Source: Folioceros fuciformis
Taxonomy: Eukaryota
Assembly (NCBI GenBank): GCA_049999805.1
Contig: JBNGIO010006382.1
Location: 576,171-638,584 of the forward strand
Length of the DNA: 62,414 nucleotides
Direction of reading: 5' to 3'
The translations under genes were made by a program, and so were the position numbers. The notes under the pieces were generated by a model. It was not told the origin of the DNA and did not search any database. It saw only the letters and a list, made by a program, of their open reading frames with translations. Of the stretch, positions 32,914-43,819 are shown piece by piece. Each line of letters opens with the position of its first letter. Within the stretch, counting starts at the first letter, position 1.

Positions 32914-33874
32914 TCACTGGTCCTGGAATGAAGTGGTCTCTACTACGAATTCCCGCATCAGGTTGACGTTTGCCTCGTCCACTTGCTGCACAGAGCAAGC
33001 AGGGTATGCGCGTAAGGTATCCCAAATCTCAGACCAGCTGCTCCAAGTCTGCTCTGCATCGCTCAACGGCATTACCTTCATGGCCAGCGCTTGCAAGTTG
33101 TCCCACTCGAAATCCTGACGAGCGTAAGCTGATCGAACCTGCTTGCGAGTTGCAACCACAGCTTCCTCAACGCATTGCTGGCGGGATAATTCTAGACAGA
33201 CCACTCAATCCAGAAAAAGACTGGGATGCATACCTCCATGATGCGGAGAGCTAGCAGGCAAGCGAAGATTTTCCCACACATTCACATGCCCACAACTGGA
33301 ATGAGCACTTGGGAGAGTTGTGGAAAGCAACGGTAAGCAAATGACTTGGCAAGCATACCAAGCCCCTTGTGACGAGGAGACTCCCGCAATAGTGCAGCAC
33401 AGAACTGGTCTCCATCTTTGAGGGACACCCGGTCCACAAAGCTGCTCAGCTCTTCATATCCCTCCTTATTGTAGTCCTGCGTACCTTCCCCCGGCGCGCC
33501 ATTCCCCTGAGCTTCAGACAGCACTCGGCAAGATTGCGAGCCGAGCAAAGAAGGAAAAGATAAAGGACCCTTCCTACCTGGAGCTGCGACATGACAATCT
33601 TAACGGCCACAAAGGTGAAGAAGTTGTGCAGGGAATCTGCCGCCTTCCGCTCTGGAGACTTCTCCCCAAAGCCTGGACAGGATAGGTAGCTGCAGGGATT
33701 GAGCTGACTACGGGTGCTGGAATCTGCCCAATTTGCACTGGAAAGCTGGAAAATACACACCCTACCTGGCACGAACATTTGGCACCGAGTGGGAGAGCAA
33801 GGAAGCCTTGAGCTGATGATGTGTGAGCGGGGCAGCTTTGGCAGCGCATGGGCGCCCCACATGCAGCTTGCCAT
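32914..33874 (-). CDS. RBCX1: Rubisco assembly chaperone RbcX, RbcX-II class (Arabidopsis RbcX1-like)
   Basis: CQMFVPG/FGEKSPERKAADSLHNFFTFVAVKIVMSQLQ/DYNKEGYEEL..DGDQFCAALLRESPRHKGL/ALRIMEVRSAYARQDFEWDNL..VDEANVNLMREFV. An alternative ATG lies at 33904. Confidence 0.92.
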
Positions 33875-34782
33875 CTCCGTCGTCGGGGCAATGCTTACCA
33901 GCATTGCGAAGGCTGACTTCAGAGTTCCACTCCTCCAAACTGAGCATGGTTGTAGGCCATGGTTGTAGATTGCTGTCATGCCCGAATTACATGACATCAC
34001 TTTCCAGGAAAAAAAATATCCTCATGGCCCATACATGCACTGACTTAGTCTACTCATCAAAGATCTTCACGATGATCGCCTCCTGCAGTTCCTGGCTGTC
34101 GAACCATCTTCACAACGAATTTTGCAGAGTTTTCTTGACGAATTTTTTAAGAATGACGCGGCATTATCTCCGAGTTCCTATGGGGTATGCCATACTGAAC
34201 AGTAAGATTTCCGCCAAAGAGCATGGTACTTAGCGACATGCAAGAATCCTGAGCTACAGAGTACGCACGACATGGTTGGCGTCGCAAGTATCGTGCCCTA
34301 CCGAACGGGGTGCTCTGCACCCACCACCATATGGTAACAAACATATTTTCGTTGTTTTCCCTTAACTATGATTTCACCAGTTTGCTATCACTAACAACTT
34401 TTAAAAGCAGTTAGTGATAGCAGGCCAGTGAGAAAGCTGGATGCTCATGGAAATGCGTACCTTCGAAACAGGGCGGCCCGACGGCAGGCAGGTGGAGTGT
34501 GTGGTTGGACCACTCTGTGCCGTCTCGTGGAAACAAGGTCAGTATGCAGATGCACCAGACATTGCCCCAATTGGGCAGGCAGCAAGAGGATGGCACAAAC
34601 GAGGCGAGAGTGCTAGCTACACGCGAGGCAGCGAAACCATATCAACACTGGTGCGCATTGCTCATTGAATATCTCATTTTGACCCTCAACCGAGTTACAA
34701 TGCCACTGCAGCCGAAGCTTCTAAATGACCTAAGTCCTTGCTTGCTTGACAAGGCATCAGCTGCAAGGTTTACAATCCGTGC

Positions 34783-36291
34783 CTAATCAAGCCTCCGCAA
34801 AAGATACTGGATCTGCACCTTCTTCGTCAAAGGCATGACCCAGTCCTTGTAAAGTGATGCAATCAGCGCAGGCTCAACTCTGTAGTGCTGTGACGTGGGC
34901 TTCCCGGTGATGTCCAATTCCTGACCATACACCAGGGCCTTTTGCTGCACGCGATCCACAAGCTTTTGCTCCACAACGGGATAGGTGATGAGTTCCATCA
35001 GAGCATCAACGTCCTGTGAGATGCCCACAAACGACTGTGAGTCACCAACTTCTGCAGTCTGAACTCTCCACAAGCAAAGTAAGTGGTACAAAGAACCTGA
35101 GCTCGAATGGCAGATTCAAAGCGCGCTGGATCTTCGCGGTACTTGGTTTCTGCCACAAACTTGCCATAGTGGATACGCTTGGACAAAGCCTTCCAGAAAA
35201 ACACACAAGTCAGGCATTGCTGGAACGCGAATTAAAACCAAAACCCCACTTCAGCATGAGCCTAGGCTAAGGGGACAAGTTTGCAGCAACCTGGAGGCAC
35301 AGGACGTCCAAAGTGGAAGAGGAACCGTAATTGCCATCATCTCCCGCAGAAGCCACAAGTGGCAGCAAGTCATCGAAGTACATCGACCATACAGCCTTGT
35401 TGATGTTCACCCCGTCTGCAGCAAAGTGCAGACGCTGAACGCCATAACAGCACGATTGGTGAGCGAGGGCTTCCCTGTTGCTAACCAACTACCTCTGCTT
35501 CAGGCCACAATTTCACACGACAAAAAGACACCAAAAACGTACATAGGGATACACCACTGGCGGTGTGGTCGCCTTCGGCAAATCCTCCGGGAAGAAAGGG
35601 TGCTCGTCGGGGCTATTGAAGCGCCCAACCTGCAAAGTAATTCGGAACGTGAGACCGGGAAAAGAATTCAACAGCTCCAACAACGCAAACCGAGTCAGAC
35701 CTTGGCATGGAGGCGCTCAGTTTCCTTGAGCATGTACTTGACCAAGCTTCCATCGAAGCCCGGAATGGGGAACCGGTTGGAGTCATACGCCCCACTGTTC
35801 AACAAATACTGAGCGCGCTCGATCAAATTGAAGATGATAGTATCTTCCTGACGAATCAGAGAGCCTCGGATATCCTCCAAACTGAACTCCTTGGACGGCG
35901 CATTGCCAACCTCACTGCAAACGGGTCAAAAGTCAAATCCCACACCGGACACAGACAGTTGCTGCCAAAATTCCGCAGAACCAGACAGCAACACCAACTT
36001 CATCAAGCAAACGCCAGGAGAGCAAAAGAGACCGGAAATTTTCACTCGCCTGGAAGCAGCTTGCGGCATCAGGCACACTCCCGGTCGCCTGATCTCAAAT
36101 GCGCAGGAACCCACCTCCTTGGGCATGTCCTCCGTCTCGGACCTGCACACTTTCCGGAAGATGTTCCGGCGTTGAGCACGGGAAACAGTCACAAAGCGCA
36201 CAATGCCGCATGCTGCCAGAGGATCAGCACGCGCAGAAGGAGCGGGGAAGGCCGGGTGCTGAGTGTAGCGAAGCAAGCTGTGGTTGGCCAT
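34783..36291 (-). CDS. CM1: Plastid chorismate mutase (eukaryotic AroQ type), multi-exon
   Basis: LEDIRGSLIRQEDTIIFNLIERAQ, ETERLHAKVGRFNSPDEHPFFP, GDDGNYGSS, ALSKRIHYGKFVAETK, WVMPLTKKVQIQYLLRRLD*. The N-terminus resembles a transit peptide. Confidence 0.95.
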
Positions 36292-36627
36292 ATCCGAATG
36301 CTGGGAGCTCTCAAGATTGAGTCACGCTCGGTAGCAGCTCTGACGATTCCGGCAAGCAGATCGAGGATGCTACCTTGGCAAAGCAGAGCGCCTTAAATAG
36401 GCAGGCAAAGCTGCTTGGACAGTGACTGCACGGTGGTGGGAGCTGGGAGGGACTCCATCACTGCGCAGCGTACCATGCCCCCGCTCTGGTGCGTGCCAAT
36501 GCCTGCGGTCCGGACCGCTGGACCTTCCCAGCCTTCCGTCCGGCTCCCCCAGCCCAAACAATAATAGCCATCCCAATTTATACCCCTTAGGGTACATATT
36601 CCACCCTTGCCCTTGCCCATTCGAAGA

Positions 36628-36915
36628 TACTCCTCTCCTTCCAACGTTGGTCTCCACCAGGTCGGTTTCCCCTTCCCGAGCGATACTCCTCCTTCTCCTC
36701 CCAACGTGCATCTCCACCAGGTCGGTTTTCCCTTCCCGAGCGATACTCCGTCTTCTCCTCCCAACGTTTATCTCCACCAAGTCGGAATTCCATTCCCGAC
36801 TCTGCTTCTTCTCGCCTCCCGCCGTTTGTCTCCACCAGGTCCGTCTTCCCTTCCCGAGCGATACTCCCTCTTCTCCTCCCAACGTTGGTCTTTACCAAAT
36901 TTGTTTTGCCTTCCC
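36628..36915. repeat. ~60-bp pyrimidine-rich tandem repeat (4-5 copies)
   Basis: Unit approx. ctcctcccaacgttggtctccaccaggtcggtttccccttcccgagcgatactcc. Confidence 0.85.
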
Positions 36916-37215
36916 GACCGATCGACACCTTGCAATGGCTAGAAATCTACCTCCGGTCCATCTCCATCATATCATGTTGCTGCGGGATGTAGGACATACG
37001 TGAATAGTTCTTACTGAAGAAAGTCCTTACAAAAAGAGTATAAGGAAGAAATCCCTTATGGAGGGTAAGGCTTCCTTTATGTATTTTTTGAGAGTATGGT
37101 TTGGTATGTCGAGACACTCACGTATGTTAGGACTATCACGTATGTCATGTGGGAACTTCCTTGTCCGCGTACTTGAAGTACCGATAAGCACGTGAATAGT
37201 GGGTAAGGGCCTCAA

Positions 37216-37672
37216 TGTGTTGAACTTTCTTTCTTCACGTACTGATGAGATTGAGGTCTCAACGTGTTGAACCNNNNNNNNNNGTACTGATGAGATTGAG
37301 GTCTCAACGTGTTCAACCTTCTTTCTTCACGTACTGATGAGATTGAGGTCTCAACTTGGTGAACCTTCTTTCTTCACGTACTGATGAGATTGAGGTCTCA
37401 ACGTGTTGAACCTTCTTCCTTCACGTACTGATGAGATTGAGGTCTCAACGTGTTGAACCTTCTTTCTTCACGTACTGATAAGATTGAGGTCTCAACTTGT
37501 TGAACCTTCTTTCTCACGTACGGATGAGATTGAGGTCTCAACGTATTCAACCTTCTTTCTTCACGTACTGATGAGATTGAGGTCTCAATGTGTTGAACCT
37601 TCTTTCTTCACGTACTAATGAGATTGAGGTCTCAATGTGTTGAACCTTCTTTCTTCACGTACTGATGAGATT
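37216..37672. repeat. 47-bp tandem repeat (~10 copies)
   Basis: Unit ctttcttcacgtactgatgagattgaggtctcaacgtgttgaacctt. Confidence 0.92.
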
Positions 37673-39710
37673 GAATAGTACGTAAGAGTGTAAGAGTCCT
37701 ACCGTGTTGAAACTTCTTTCTTTAGGTAATGATGAAATTGAATAGTTTGTAAGAGCATAAGAGTCCTACTGTGTTGAAACTTCCTTGTATGAAATTGAAT
37801 AGTTTGTAAGAGCATAAGAGTCCTACTGTGTTGAAACTTCCTTGTTCACATACGGATGAAATTGAACAGTGTGTTAGAGTGTAAGAGTCCTACCGTGTTG
37901 AAACTTCCTTCTTCAAGTACTGATGAGACTAAATATTCAAGGTAGCGATGAAATTGAAATTGAACAGTGTTTAAGAGTGTAAGAGTTCTAAGAGTTCTAC
38001 CGTGTTAAAACTTCTTTCTTCAAGGACTGATGAGATTGAATATTCAAGGTATTGATGAGATGAGACTGAATAGTGTGTTAGAGTNNNNNNNNNNNNNNNN
38101 NNNNNNNNNNNNNNNNNNNNNNNNNNNNNNNNNNNNNNNNNNNNNNNNNNNNNNNNNNNNNNNNNNNNNNNNNNNNNNNNNNNNAATATTCAAGGTATTG
38201 ATGAGATGAGACTGAATAGTGTGTTAGAGTGTAAGAGTCCTACTATGTTGAAACTTCTTTCTTCAAGTACTGATGAGATTGAATAGTGTGTAAGACCGTA
38301 AGAGTCCTACCGTGTTGAAACTTCTTTCTTCAAGTACTGATGAAATTGAATAGTGTGTAAGAGTGTAAGAGTCCTACCTTGTTGAAACTTCCTTCTTCAG
38401 ATGCTGATGAGACTGAATAGTGTGTTAGAGTGTAAAAGTCTTACCGTGGTGAAACTTCTTTCTTTAGGTACTGATGAGATGAGATTGAATAGTCTGTAAG
38501 AGTGTAAGAGTCCTACTGCCATGGAAACCTCCTTCTTCATGTACTGATGAGATTGAATACTGTGTAAGAGTGTAAAAGTCTTACCATGTTGAAACTGTTT
38601 TCTTTAAGTACTGATAAGATTGAATAGTGTGTAAGAGTGTAAGAGTCCTACTACAGTGGAAACCTCCTTCTTCATGTACTGATGAGATTGAATGCTGTGT
38701 AAGAGTGTAAGAGTCTTACCATGTTGAAACTTCTTTCTTTCAGTATTGATAAGATTGAATAGTGTGTAAGAGTGTAAGAGTCCTGCCGTGTTGAAACTTC
38801 CTTTCTTTAAGTACTGATAAGATTGAATAGTGTGTATGAGTGTAAGAGTCCTACCGTGTTCAAACTTCCTTCCTTCGTAGGTATTTCGAGTATGAAGTAA
38901 AGTATTGATGAGAATGAGTAGTGTGTAAGATTCTTTCTTCAGGCTCATGAGACTCAATAGTGTGTAAAAGCCTTAGCAATGCATGCTAAAACTCCCTTCA
39001 TCAGGTATTTCGAGTACTAAGTAGAGTGTAAGAATTCTTCTTTAGTTACTTCAAGTATTGATGAGATTGAGTAGTGTGCAATGAGATTGAGTAGGATGTG
39101 AAATTCCTTCAAGTACTTGGAGTATTAATGAGACTGAGTAGTGTGTAAGAGTCTTAGTGTGTTGAAACTTCCTTCTTCAGGTACTTTGATACCTGATGAG
39201 ACTAAGTAGTGTGTAAGAGTCTTGGTGTGTTGAAACTTTCTTCTTCATGTACTTCAACACCTAATGAGACCGAGTAGTGTGTAAGAGTCTTTGAGTGTTG
39301 AAACTTCCTTCTTCAGGTACTTTAACACCTAATGAGACCAAGCATTGTGTAAGAGTCTTAGTGTGTTTAAACTTCTTTCTTCAAGTACTTCAAGTATTGA
39401 TGAGACTAAGTAGTGTGTAAGAGTCTTAGCATGTTGAAACTTACTTCTTCAAGGACTTTGAGTATTGAGTACTAATGAGACGGAGTAGTGTGTAAAAAAC
39501 TTCCTTCTCCAAGTGCTTCAAGTATTAATGAGATTGAGTAGTGTGTAAAAGTCTTAGCATGTGTAAAAGTCTTAGCATGTTGAAACTTCCTTCATACTTA
39601 CTTAGAGTATTGATGAGAATGAGTCATATAAAACATGAGTCTAAAGCATGAAAACTTCCTTCAAGTACTTAGAGTACTAATGGAAGAGAGTAGTGTGCAA
39701 GAGTCTCAAA
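37673..39710. repeat. 67-bp tandem repeat and longer derivatives
   Basis: Unit ctgatgagattgaatagtgtgtaagagtgtaagagtcctaccgtgttgaaacttctttcttcaagta (e.g. 38270-38336). Includes a 100-N gap. Confidence 0.92.
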
Positions 39711-40189
39711 GTGTGTACACACTCAGCATTTTTGTGCAAGGGTCGTAGTATTCACTTCGAACCTCTAATGGTGACAAATAGAATGTAAGTGTCTCAACAT
39801 GAAATATGAGAATGAGTCCTACATATGTAAGAGTGTCAATATTCTCTCACAATCTCCAATGGCACCAAATTGAGTTTGAGAGTCCTAACATAAAATATCG
39901 TGTATAGGAGTGCAAATGGTCATGGACTTCCCTAAAATATGTCCATGAAGAATGCAAGTCTTAGCTTTCACCTTCAATCTCTGATGAGGATAAATCGAGA
40001 GTGAAAGTCTCAACATGAGAGTGTTTCGTAACTTGGCCACTAGAGGACCACTTGTGAGAGTCACAATGCCAGAAAATTCCAACTTGGCCACTACAAGACC
40101 ACTTTTGAGAGTCTCAACACAAGAATCTTCCAACAAGACCACTCAAAGACCATCATGTGATGTATACATTGACTTGGGTGTATTACGTC

Positions 40190-42660
40190 ATGTACGAGTA
40201 GCACCTACCTTGATGCATTACATGACGTATAAGTAGCACAAACCGTAGTGCATCACGTGAAGTATGCTTAGCACAAACCTTAGTGCATTATAGGAAGTGT
40301 GAGTAACATTGGCTTTGATGAATTACATAAAGTAGGAAGTATGAGTAACATTGATCTTAAAGCATTACATAAAGCACAAGTAGCATCGACCTTGGTGCAC
40401 CACGTTACATGAACTTGAAGTATGAGTAGCATTAACTTTGATGCATTATATGAAGTACGAGTAGTAATGATCATTGTGCATTTCATGAAGTACGAGTAGC
40501 ATCAACGTTGGTGCATCACATTATGTGAACATGTAGTATGAGTAGCATTGACGTTGGTGCGTCACATTATGTGAACATGTAGTATGAGTAGCATTGACGT
40601 TGGTGCATCACCTTATGTGAACGTAAAGTATGAGTAGCATGGACGTTGGTGCATCACATTATGTGAACCTGAAGTATGAGTAGCATCGACGTTGGTGCAT
40701 CACATTATGTGAATGTGAAGTATGAATAGCATCTACGTTGGTGCATCACATTATGTGCATTATGTGAACGTGAAGTATGATTGGCATGGACGTAGGTGCA
40801 TCACATTATGTGAATGTGATGTATGAGTGGCATCGAAGTTGGTGCATCACATTATGTGAACGTGAAGTATGTCTTGTAATGCATCAAGGTTCGGTGTTAT
40901 TTGTACTTCATGTAATACATTAAGAAAGGTCGATGCCATTAATACGTATACGTATTAGTGGCACTGAACGTTGATGATGCATTACATGACATATATGTAT
41001 GAGTAGCAGTGAACCTTTATGCATTACATGACATATATGTATTAGTAACACCAAACCTTGATGATGCATTACATGACATATATGTATTAATAGCACCAAA
41101 CCTTGATGCATTACATGATGTATACGTGTGAGTAGAACCAAACCTTGATGCATTACATGACATATATGTATGAGTAGCACCAACCTTGATGCATTACATG
41201 ACGTGTATAGTTATGAGTAGCTGACATGTATAGGTATGAGTAGCACCAACCTTGATGCATTACATAATATGTATAGGTATGAGTAGCACCAACCTTGATG
41301 CATTACATGACGTATACATGTGAGTAGTACTAACCTTGATGCATTGCATGACGTATACATATGGGTAACACTAACCTTGATGCATTACATGACGTATACC
41401 TATGAGTGGCAACACCCTAGATGCATTACATGTCATAATCATGAAGTACGAGGTAGGTGAACTTGAAGTATAAGTAGCACCGATCTTAGTGCATCATATT
41501 ACATGTTACATGAACATGAATTATACATAGCACCGATCTTAGTGCATCATATTACATGTTATGTGAACATGAAGTATAAGTAGCACCAATCTCAGTGCTA
41601 CTTAGAAGTATAAGTAGCACTGACCTAGGCATTACGTAATGTGAAATACAAGTAGCACTAACCATGGTGCATCACCTCATGTGAAGTACATTGTTAAGTA
41701 GCACTGACCTTGGTGCATCACCTAACGTGAAGTACATTGTCAAGTAGTACCACCTTGGTCCACCGATCTTCGTGCATACTGACCTTGGTGCATTACTTCA
41801 AGTGAAGTATAAATAGCACCAACCTTGGCGCACCAATCCTGGTGCATCACCTCACATGAATTACATTATCAAGTAGCAACAACCTTGGTGCATCATCTTA
41901 TATAAAGTACATTGTCCAATAGCATCAACCTTGGTGCATCACCTCATATAAAGTACATTGTCCAATAGCACCGACCTTGATGCATCACCTTATATAAAGT
42001 ACATTATCAAGTAGCACTGACCTTGCTGCATCACCTCACGTGAAAGTACATTGTCAAGTAGCACCGACCTTGATGCACCAACGCCGATGGCCTTGGTACA
42101 TCACCTCACGTGAAAGTACATTGTCAATTAGCACCGACCTTGGTGCACCAACGCCAACGGCCTTGGTACATCACCTCACGTGAAAGTACATTGTCAATTA
42201 ACACCGACCTTGGTGCACCAACGCCAACGGCCTCGGTACATCACCTCACGTGAATGTACATTGTCAAGTAGCACCTGCCTTGGTGCACCAACGCCAACGG
42301 CCTTGGTACACCAACGCCAACGGCCTTGGTACACCAACGCCAACGGCCTTGGTACACCAACGCCAACGGCCTTGGTACACCAACGCCAACGGCCTTGGTA
42401 CATCACCTCAAGTGAAAGTACATTGTCAAGTCGCCAACGGCCTTGGTACATCACCTCAAGTGAAAGTACATTGTCAAGTAGCACCGACCTTGGTGCACCA
42501 AAGCCAACGGCCTTGGTACATCACCTCAAGTGAAAGTACATTGTGAAGTAGCACCGACCTTGGTACACCAACACCAATGGCCTTGGTACATCAGCTCAAG
42601 TGAAAGTACATTATCAAGTAGCGCCAACCTTGGTACATTACGCCACCCACCTTGGTACAA
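40190..42660. repeat. 43-47-bp tandem repeat family (gtagcaccgaccttggtgcatcac core) with a nested 23-bp sub-repeat
   Basis: 46-bp units at 40490-40870, 43-bp units at 40960-41430, and ~47-bp units with caccaacgccaacggccttggta expansions at 42060-42600. Confidence 0.9.
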
Positions 42661-42719
42661 GTATAACGAACCTTGGTCAGTAGTATGTAAGAGTCTTAGC
42701 CTATTGAAACTTCCTTTAA

Positions 42720-43380
42720 GTACCCAAAGTCTTCATGATGAAAGTGAGTCTTCCTGATGAAAGTGAGTAGCGTCTAAGAGTCTTAGCCCATTGAAACTTC
42801 ATTTAAGTACATAGAGTCTTCAAGATGAAAGTGAGATGAAAGTGAGTAAGCGTACATAGAGTCTTCAAGATGAAAGTGAGATGAAAGTGAGTAAGCGTAC
42901 ATAGAGTCTTCAAGATGAAAGTGAGATGAAAGTGAGTAAGCATACATGGAGTCTTCAAGATGAAAGTGAGTAAGCGTACATAGAGTCTTTAAGATGAAAG
43001 TGAGATGAAAGTGAGTAAGCGTACGTAGAGTCTTCAAGATGAAAGTGAGATGAAAGTGAGTAAGCATACATGGAGTCTTCAAGATGAAAGTGAGTAAGCG
43101 TACATAGAGTCTTCAAGATGAAAGTGAGTAAGCATACATGGAGTCTTCAAGATGAAAGTGAGTAAGCGTACATAGAGTCTTCAAGATGAAAGTGAGTAAG
43201 CATACATAGAGTCTTCATGATGAAAGTGATTAAGCATATAAGAGTCTTAGCCTGTTGAAACTTCCTTTAAGTACCTAGAGTCTTCATGATGAAAGTGAGT
43301 AAGCGTGTAAGAGTCTTAACCTGTTGAAACTTCCTTCAAGTACCTAGAGTCTTCATGATGAAAATAAGTAGTGTGTAAGA
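42720..43380. repeat. 34/45-bp tandem repeat
   Basis: gagtcttcaagatgaaagtgag(atgaaagtgag)taagcgtacata. The two unit lengths differ by an 11-bp internal duplication. Confidence 0.92.
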
Positions 43381-43429
43381 GTCTTTACATAAGAGAACTT
43401 CTTTCTTCAAGTACTTCTAAGTACTTAAA

Positions 43430-43815
43430 GAACTTAGAACCATTCTAATTTAGAACTGTTTTAACTTAGAACTTAGAACCGTTCTAACTTAGAACTTAGA
43501 ACCGTTCTAACTTAGAACTTAAAACCGTTCTAACTTAGAACTTAGAACCGTTCTAACTTAGAACTTAGAACTATTCTAACTTAGAACCATTCTAATTTCG
43601 AACTGTTTAACTTAGAACTTAGAACCGTTTTAACTTAGAACCGTTCTAACTTAGAACTTAGAACCGTTTTATCTTAGAACCGTTTTAACTTAGAATCGTT
43701 TTAACTTAGAACTGTTCTAACTTAGAACTTAGAACCATTCTAACTTAGAACTTAGAACTTAGAACCATTTTAATTTAGAACTTAGAACTTAGAATCGACA
43801 TGTGAACTTAGAACC
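43430..43815. repeat. TTAGAAC heptamer array with embedded palindromes
   Basis: Runs of ttagaac interspersed with ttagaac-c-gttctaa. Confidence 0.9.
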
Positions 43816-43819
43816 GACA

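Noticed and set aside
43430-43815. Interstitial telomere
   Set aside because: The motif is TTAGAAC, lacks the G-tract of TTTAGGG, and is mixed with its inverse.
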